From an uncultured Arcobacter sp. (GTDB lineage: Bacteria; Acidobacteriota; Terriglobia; Bryobacterales; Bryobacteraceae): a DNA stretch of 64,000 bases. This document shows, piece by piece, positions 56,177 to 64,000 of the stretch; position 1 is the stretch's first letter, and the number at the start of each line of letters is the position of its first letter. The notes beneath the pieces were generated by a model. The model was given only the letters and a program-made list of their open reading frames with translations. It searched no databases and was not told the origin of the DNA. Location of the stretch: the NCBI GenBank assembly GCA_964458495.1, contig CAYWJB010000003.1:163195-227194 (forward strand), written 5' to 3'. Made by a program: the position numbers and the translations under genes.

Positions 56177-58785
56177 TTACTCCCGCCCCAGCTCTTCTTT
56201 CAGCTCCGCCAGCAGTTGCAGAGCCTCCACCGGGCGCAAGTTGTCGATATCGAGGTGCCGGATGCGCTCGGCGATCTGCCAGCCCACGGGCTCGAACAGG
56301 CGGATCTGCAAGCCGGGAGAGGCGGCATCTTTCCGTTTGGGCGCCTCGAGCTGGTCGCTCACGGTCACTTCCTTCTTCTCGTGCAGCGCCAGGATTTCGC
56401 GGGCGCGCTCGATGACCTCCAGCGGCAGCGCCGCCAGCCGCGCCACCTCGATGCCGTAGCTGCGGTCGGCGCTGCCCGGCTCCACACGGCGCAGGAAGAT
56501 GAGCTGGTCGCCGGACTCCTTCACCGAGACATGGAGGTTCACCACCCCGTCCAGCCGCCCGGCCAGCTCTGTGAGTTCGTGATAATGCGTGGCGAACAGC
56601 GTGCGCGCGCCGATGCGGTCGTGGATGTACTCCAGCACGGCCCAGGCCAGCGCCAGCCCGTCGTAGGTGGCCGTGCCGCGGCCGATTTCGTCCAGCACGA
56701 TCAGGCTGTGGCGCGTGGCCGTGTTCAGGATCACGGCCGTCTCGGTCATCTCCACCATGAACGTAGAACGGCCGCGGGCGAGGTTGTCGCTGGCCCCGAT
56801 GCGCGTGAACACGCGGTCGATCAATGGCAGCACGGCCTCCTGCGCGGGCACGAACCCGCCCATCTGCGCCATGACGGCGATCAGCGCCGCCTGCCGCAGG
56901 TAGGTGGACTTGCCGCCCATGTTGGGGCCGGTGATCACGGCGATGCGGTGCGACCCGAGATCCAGGTAGATTTCGTTCGGGATGAAATGGCCCGCTTCTG
57001 CCTCGGCCAGCTTTTCGATCACCGGGTGGCGCCCGGCCACGACCTTCATCTCGCCCGTGTCCGAGAAGCGCGGCCGCGTGTAGCGGCGATCGACGGCAGC
57101 CTCGGCCAGGGCGGCGTAGAAGTCGATCTCGGCGACGGCAGCGGCAGTGGAACGCAGCCTCTGCGCCTCGGCGGCAGCGGCGGCGCGCAGTTCGGCGAGA
57201 ATCGCGCGCTCCAGATCCAGCGCCCGCTCTTCGGCGTCGAGCACTTTCGCCTCGAGTTCCTTGAGCTCCGGCGTGGTGAAGCGCTCGGCGTTGACGAGGG
57301 TCTGTTTGCGCTCGTAATCGGCCGGCACGAGGTGGAGGTTCGGTTTCGAGACTTCGATGTAGAAGCCGAACACGTTGTTGAAACGGACCTTGAGCGAGGC
57401 GATTCCGGTGCGCTGCCGCTCCCGCGCCTCGATGGCGGCGATGATCTGCCGCGAGTGGGTGGCCAGATGCCGCAGCTCGTCGAGTTCGGCGCTGAAGCCG
57501 GCGCGGATGACGCCGCCGTCGGCGGCATTGGCGGGGGCGTTTTCGCTGATGGCGGCCAGCAGGCGCTCGCGCAGTTCGGGAACATCGTCGAGCGCGGCGG
57601 CGGCGGCGCAGAGCTTCCCGGACTGTGCGTCCTCGAGCGGTGGGCGCAACTCGGGCACGCAAGCCAGGGTGCGCCCGAGGCCGAGCAGGTCTCTCGGAGT
57701 GGCCGTGCCAACGGTGATCCGCGCCAGCAGGCGCTCGAGATCCAGCATGCGGCCCAGGGTCTCGCGCAGCCGGGTGCGCGGGATGGTCACGCGAACAAGC
57801 CACTCCACGGCGTCGAGGCGCGCCTCGATTTCCGCCCGGTCGAGCGACGGCTCCAGCAGCCTCTTGCGCAGCAGGCGCGCCCCCATGCCGGTACGGGTCT
57901 GATCGATCACCGAGATCAGGGTGGCGTCGCGCCCGCCGCCGGCGTCGGCGGCAAACAGCGGCTCGACCAGTTCCAGATTGCGCACGGTGACCGCGTCGAG
58001 CATCATCGCGCCGGAGCGGTCGGCGTAGAGGGGGCGGTCGAGGTGGCCGAGGGCCGAGCGCTGCGTCTCGCGCAGATAGGCGAGGATGGCGCCTGCGGCC
58101 CCGGTGGCCAGAGGGCGCCCGGCGAGCCCGCAGCCGTCCAGCGCCAGCAGGCGGAAGTGCTCGCGCAGCAGTTGCTCGGCGTGGGGCGGATCAAAGGTCC
58201 AGGGCTCGGCGGGAGTGACGGCCCAGCGGCCGCGCGGCGCGGAGTCCGGCTCGGCTGCCAGCAACTCGCGGACGTTGAGCTGCTCCAGCATGGCGCCGGC
58301 TTCCTGCGCCGGCAACTCGGTGGAGCAGAACTCGCCGGTAGAGACATCCACCCACGCCAGCCCGGAGTGCCCGCGGCGCGAGCACAGCGCGGCCAAATAG
58401 TTGTTGCGCGCGGCGTCGAGCAGGGCGGACTCGGTGACGGTGCCCGGCGTGACGATGCGCGTGATCTCGCGCCGCACGAGCTTCCTGGCCAGCCGCGGGT
58501 CTTCCATCTGCTCGCAGATGGCGACGCGGTAGCCCTTCTGGATCAGGCGCGCGATGTAGCCTTCGGCCGAATGATAGGGGACGCCGCACATCGGCACGGG
58601 CTCTCCGCGCTCCTTGTTGCGCGAGGTGAGCGTGATTTCCAGCTCGCGCGCCGCCGTGACGGCGTCTTCGTAGAAGAGTTCGTAGAAATCGCCGAGGCGG
58701 AAAAACAGCAGGCAGCCGGGCGCCTGCTGTTTTGCCGCGTGGTATTGCCGCATCAGCGGCGTCGTCGGTTCCTGGCCCACTCCTT

Positions 58786-58789
<4 letters not shown>
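56177..58789 (-). CDS. mutS: DNA mismatch repair protein MutS
   Basis: About 870 aa. Contains [18 protein letters not shown] and [13 protein letters not shown]. The start is TTG 58789 (TTGA overlap with the gdhA stop) or GTG 58780. Confidence 0.97.
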
Positions 58790-60075
<1,286 letters not shown>

Positions 60076-60111
60076 GCAGGAATACCTCCGCCCCCATTAT
60101 CCTCGGAGGGA

Positions 60112-60873
60112 ATGGCCCCGGCAACCAGCATCAGGACGAAAATCTCCAGAAGAGCGCTGCTGGCCGCGCCCGCGATTTTCCTGCCCGTGCGCGCGCCGGC
60201 CGAAGTCGAGCGGCAGCGGCTGGAGCTGGCCGGCATCGCGTTCCACCGCCTGCGGCACGGGCAGTCGACGCGCCGGCTGTTGCGGATCCACGGCAACGAA
60301 GAGACCGCGCGCGAGGCTGTGGAGCGGCTCCTCGAAGACATCCCGGGCGAAGCCTGGATCGTCGACTCGAAAACGCGCCACGTCACCATCAACGGCCTGC
60401 GGCTCGATCCGAACCGGATGTTCTCCCGCGCGGGCGCGGAGAAGAACCTGCGCCTGCTGAACCCGGAGGCGCCGCCGGAAACGGTGCTGGCGCTGCTGGA
60501 CCGTCTGGACCAGGAACGGCCCGCCCTGATGGAAAACCTGGCGCCGCCGCCCGGCGGATTGTGGATCGCGGCACACAACAATGGCCCCGGATATTCCATC
60601 GAAACCGAGGCGCCCATCTCCCGGCGCATCCACCGGCCGCGGCCGGACGAGCCGCGGAATTTCCTCCTGTTCGCTTCCGCAGGGGACTACGACATTGCCG
60701 CGCGCGGGCCTTACAACGCCGTGCTGCAAGACCAGCCGGGAGGCGAGGACGACGGCTCGCTCTCGAGGTGGTGCGCCGCCCGGGAGGTGCGCTACGTCAA
60801 CGTCGAGGTGGCGCACGGGCAACTGGACCGGCAGCTGGAGATGCTCCGCTGGCTGGCCGCCCGCCTGCCGTAG
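60112..60873 (+). CDS. Hypothetical exported protein with M14/AstE-like zinc-hydrolase signature
   Basis: 253 aa from ATG 60112 (GGAGGG upstream). The N-terminus ISRRALLAAPA is Tat-like. IHGNEE, LDPNRMF and AAHNN resemble the HxxE / DxNRxF / H triad of M14-type enzymes. Confidence 0.5.
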   Translation: MAPATSIRTKISRRALLAAPAIFLPVRAPAEVERQRLELAGIAFHRLRHGQSTRRLLRIHGNEETAREAVERLLEDIPGEAWIVDSKTRHVTINGLRLDPNRMFSRAGAEKNLRLLNPEAPPETVLALLDRLDQERPALMENLAPPPGGLWIAAHNNGPGYSIETEAPISRRIHRPRPDEPRNFLLFASAGDYDIAARGPYNAVLQDQPGGEDDGSLSRWCAAREVRYVNVEVAHGQLDRQLEMLRWLAARLP

Positions 60874-60886
60874 TAGGCTCTGATCC

Positions 60887-61657
60887 ATGCGGTCTCATTT
60901 CGCCGCGGAGCTCGCCGCGGAGTTCATCGGCACGATGCTGATTCTGGTTTTCGGCGCCGGCGTGGTGGCTATGGTCCTCCTCTTTGGCGCCGGCACGCCG
61001 GGAGAGGTTGTGCACGGGGGCTATACGAACATCACGATGGGCTGGGCGCTGGGGGTGATGTTCGGAGTCATGGCGTCGATGCGGATCAGCGGCGCGCACC
61101 TGAACCCGGCGGTGACGCTGGCGCTGGCGGCGTTCCGCGGCTTTCCCTGGCGCAAGACGGCTCCTTACGTGTTGAGCCAGACGGCTGGAGCGATGGCGGG
61201 CGCGGCGCTGGTGTGGTTCAACTACCGCGAGGCCATCCTGCGGTTCGATCCGTTGCTGGAGAAGAGCGCCGGCATCTTCACCACGTTCCCTGCCTTCCCC
61301 GATGTGCCCGCTGTCGGCTTCTTCGATCAGGTGATCGGCACGGCGCTGCTGCTGTTCCTGGTCTTCGCCGTGACCGACGAGGACAACCTGGACCTGCCGC
61401 AGTACCTTGTGCCGGCCATGGTGGGGCTGATCGTGCTGGCCATCGGCGTCAGTTTCGGCAAGCTCCACGGCTACGCCATCAACCCGGCGCGCGACCTCGG
61501 CCCGCGCCTGTGGACCGTGATCGCCGGCTACCGCGTCAACGGGCTCACCGACGGGAGCGGCGTCTGGTGGGTGCCGGTGGCGGCGCCCCTGCTGGGCGGG
61601 CTTCTGGGCGCGGGACTTTACGATCTGACGATCCGCAAATCCCTACGCGGCCGCTGA
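60887..61657 (+). CDS. glpF: MIP family channel (GlpF-like aquaglyceroporin)
   Basis: 256 aa with 6 TM helices. Two NPA boxes are present: HLNPAVT and INPARDLGPR. Confidence 0.85.
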   Translation: MRSHFAAELAAEFIGTMLILVFGAGVVAMVLLFGAGTPGEVVHGGYTNITMGWALGVMFGVMASMRISGAHLNPAVTLALAAFRGFPWRKTAPYVLSQTAGAMAGAALVWFNYREAILRFDPLLEKSAGIFTTFPAFPDVPAVGFFDQVIGTALLLFLVFAVTDEDNLDLPQYLVPAMVGLIVLAIGVSFGKLHGYAINPARDLGPRLWTVIAGYRVNGLTDGSGVWWVPVAAPLLGGLLGAGLYDLTIRKSLRGR

Positions 61658-61692
61658 ACGGGTGGCTATGATGAAGGGAGAGGAGGCGGGCT

Positions 61693-62211
61693 GTGTTCTT
61701 TTCCATCACCGAGCTGGAGCATCATCCGATCCTGTTCGACGTCCGCTACCAGCCGGGCGAAATCTCCTTCCCCGAAGACCTCCATCAGTTGGGCGCGCTG
61801 TCGGCGGCCGGGCGCACGGAGCTGTTGCGCAATACGCTGGGCGAGATCCGCATCCGGGGCCATTTGCGAGCCAGCATGGAAGGCGTCTGCGACCGCTGCC
61901 TGGAGCCGGCCCGGCTCGAAATCGACACCGACTTCGATCTGTTTTACCGCCCCGTGGTGCGCACGTCGAACCACGCCGAGATCCACCTGGAAGACGGCGA
62001 GATCGACCTGGCCTTTTATGAGGGCGAAGGCGTGGAGCTGGCCGACGCGCTGCGGGAGCAGATCCTTCTGAGCCTGCCCATGCAGCTGTTCTGCCGGCAG
62101 GACTGCAAAGGGCTGTGCCCCTACTGCGGCGCCAACCGCAACGAGCGGGACTGCGGGTGCCGCGCGCCGTTCCGCGACCCCCGCTGGGCTTCGCTCAAAG
62201 ACCTGGGATGA
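61693..62211 (+). CDS. yceD: YceD (DUF177) family protein
   Basis: 172 aa. The GTG start is 6 nt after AGGAGG. Cys motifs are CDRCL and CRQDCKGLCPYCGANRN. Confidence 0.85.
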   Translation: MFFSITELEHHPILFDVRYQPGEISFPEDLHQLGALSAAGRTELLRNTLGEIRIRGHLRASMEGVCDRCLEPARLEIDTDFDLFYRPVVRTSNHAEIHLEDGEIDLAFYEGEGVELADALREQILLSLPMQLFCRQDCKGLCPYCGANRNERDCGCRAPFRDPRWASLKDLG

Positions 62212-62845
62212 TCTTCTTGCGCACGGCGTAGAGCACCAGCTCGGCCGTGTTGTGAAGGTTCAGCTTCTGCATGATGCGCGTGCGGTGCGTCTCCACCGTG
62301 TAGACGCTGAGGTTCAGCAGCTGCGCCACGTCCTTGTTCGAGCGGCCCTCGGCCAGCAGTTGCAGCACCTCCTTCTCGCGGTCGGTCAGCAGGCTGTAGC
62401 TGTCCTGCTGGTTGCGCTGCTGGAGGTTGCGCATGTAATCCTCCAGCAGAGCCTGTGCGATGGCGGGGCTGAAGAACGGCTTGCCCTGGGCCACGACGCG
62501 CACGGCGCGCACCAGGTCTTCTTCGGCCGTGTCCTTCAGCAGGAATCCGCGCGCGCCCGCTTCCAGCGCCCGCAGCAGGTAGGTCTCGTCGTTGTGCATC
62601 GAGAGGATCAACACCTGGATGCGCGGGTTCTGCCGCACGATCTGTGCCGTCGCGTCGATGCCGTTCAGCTGCGGCATGGCGATGTCCATCACGATCACGT
62701 CCGGCGAAAGCTCGCGTGCCAGGCGCACGGCCTCGCGCCCGTCGGCCGCCTCGCCTGCCACTTCGAAGTCCGCCTCCTGTTCCAGCAGGAAGCGAAGCCC
62801 CTTGCGCACCACGCCGTGATCGTCCGCGAGCAAAACCCTGGTCAT
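62195..62845 (-). CDS. NarL/LuxR family response regulator
   Basis: 216 aa. REC motifs VLLADDH and [13 protein letters not shown] precede a LuxR HTH ([22 protein letters not shown]). ATGA overlap with the kinase stop. Confidence 0.92.
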   Translation of the reverse strand: MTRVLLADDHGVVRKGLRFLLEQEADFEVAGEAADGREAVRLARELSPDVIVMDIAMPQLNGIDATAQIVRQNPRIQVLILSMHNDETYLLRALEAGARGFLLKDTAEEDLVRAVRVVAQGKPFFSPAIAQALLEDYMRNLQQRNQQDSYSLLTDREKEVLQLLAEGRSNKDVAQLLNLSVYTVETHRTRIMQKLNLHNTAELVLYAVRKKIIPGL

Positions 62846-64000
62846 GCCTCCACCTCCACGGGCGCCAGAGGGATCTCCACGCGTATCGTGGTTCCGGCCC
62901 CGGGCGCTGAGCTGAGCGTGAACGTGCCGCCCAACTCCCGGACACGCTCCTCCATGCCCAGCAGCCCGAGCCCCCGGCGGCGCTTCCCGGGCTCAATGCC
63001 TTTGCCGTCATCGCTCACCATCAGCTCCAGCCGGCTGGCGGACTCCACCAGGCGCACGGAGACACCCTTCGCCTCGGCGTGCCGGGCGACGTTGGTCAGC
63101 GACTCCTGAGCCACGCGGAACAGGCTGGTCTTCTGCGCATCGGTGAGACGCCCCAGCGTGCCCTCTACGCTGACATCGACCGGGATGCCGGAGACGCGCG
63201 AGAACTCCCGCGCAATCCATTCAATGGCGGGGCCGAGCCCCAAATCGTCCAGCATCGACGGCCTCAGCCCCATCGCCAGGTCGCGGACCGTCTTCATCGT
63301 CGCCTCGGCCATCTCCTTGGCCTGCTGCAGATGGTCGCGGAACAGCTGCGGGTCTCTGGCGCCGATCCGCCCCAGATTGGCGATCTCCATGCGCAACGCG
63401 GTGAGCATCTGGCCCACCTGGTCGTGCAGTTCGAGCGACAGCCGCTTGCGCTCGGCCTCCTGCGCTTGCACGAGCTTCTGCGACAGCTCGCGCATCTCGC
63501 GCTCCGCGGCGCGGGCGCGCTGCTCGAGCCGGAAGATCCACCAGATGCTGGCCACGGCCACGATGGCGCTCAGCACCAGAATGCTGTAGGTGAGGCGGTT
63601 CAGGCGGCTGCGGAAGTCCTGTTGCGCCTCCAGCAGCCGCTGCTGGCTGCGCTTGAGGTTTTCGTAGTTCAGCGCCTGCAGTTCGCCGGCGATCAGGCTG
63701 ATTTCGGTGCGCCTGCCGAGCAGCACGCGGCGCACGTAGCTGCCCCCCAGCGCCAGCTTGACCTCGGGCTTCCACTCGAGCGGCGGCCCCAGCAGCGTGA
63801 AGAAGCTCTCCACTCGCTCGCGCAGCCGCGCCATCGACCCGGGCTCCACGGCCGCGCCCAGCGACTTTTCCAGCTCCTCGAGAGACCGCAGAATCCGCTG
63901 GCGCGACTCGACGATCTCCTGCCTCACCTCGGCCGAATCGGAGGCGTCCCGGTCCAGCAGAAAGTCGCGCAGGTCGAGGCTGATGCGGTAGAGGTCGGCG
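62842..64000 (-). CDS. Sensor histidine kinase (HisKA_3/NarX-DesK type), N-terminus beyond window edge
   Basis: The reading frame stays open upstream of the track's GTG 63927 to the window edge (...ADLYRISLDLRDFLLDRDASDSAE). It has a TM, H-box LSLELHDQVGQ, and a HATPase region (DDGKGI, GLGLLGMEERV). Confidence 0.9.
   Translation of the reverse strand, partial: ADLYRISLDLRDFLLDRDASDSAEVRQEIVESRQRILRSLEELEKSLGAAVEPGSMARLRERVESFFTLLGPPLEWKPEVKLALGGSYVRRVLLGRRTEISLIAGELQALNYENLKRSQQRLLEAQQDFRSRLNRLTYSILVLSAIVAVASIWWIFRLEQRARAAEREMRELSQKLVQAQEAERKRLSLELHDQVGQMLTALRMEIANLGRIGARDPQLFRDHLQQAKEMAEATMKTVRDLAMGLRPSMLDDLGLGPAIEWIAREFSRVSGIPVDVSVEGTLGRLTDAQKTSLFRVAQESLTNVARHAEAKGVSVRLVESASRLELMVSDDGKGIEPGKRRRGLGLLGMEERVRELGGTFTLSSAPGAGTTIRVEIPLAPVEVEA

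Overview
Very GC-rich, gene-dense chromosomal segment with about 55 protein-coding genes. By eye I found no rRNA, tRNA, CRISPR array, transposase, integrase or prophage remnant. The gene content suggests an Acidobacteriota-type genome (inference): a TIGR03436-like VWA protein, two ~1200-aa CarboxypepD_reg/TonB-dependent-receptor-like outer-membrane proteins, a TIGR03087-like glycosyltransferase, and many Sec/Tat-exported hydrolases. Recognisable housekeeping genes are purC, cvpA, gltA, rnj, secA, def, aroC, mpg-like glycosylase, thpR, plsY, gpsA, gmhB, mutS, gdhA, a GlpF-like MIP channel and yceD. There are also several two-component proteins. Many of the longest ORFs in the supplied track are antisense shadow ORFs of real genes; see the rejected list, where the codon register was checked. 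Adjacent genes are often joined by 4-nt ATGA/GTGA/TTGA overlaps. I do not see a clear-cut defence island, mobile element or biosynthetic cluster, and most of the window is ordinary core chromosome. The most unusual locus is at 16.28-17.98 kb. It has an exact sigma-54-type promoter core, then a TM coiled-coil protein and a small secreted peptide with a duplicated RRPGPPPDPLG motif whose two DNA copies differ only synonymously. An unresolved ~470-nt segment follows, and a canonical terminator closes the unit. Secondary observations are an S41 peptidase homologue lacking both catalytic residues, a hybrid histidine kinase with a degenerate ATP-binding domain, and an output-less Cache sensor. There is also a Tat-exported AKR/DUF362/DUF2264 block next to a giant OM receptor, and an atypically AT-rich 441-bp leader region upstream of rnj. 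All family assignments come from motif recognition by eye, not from database searches.
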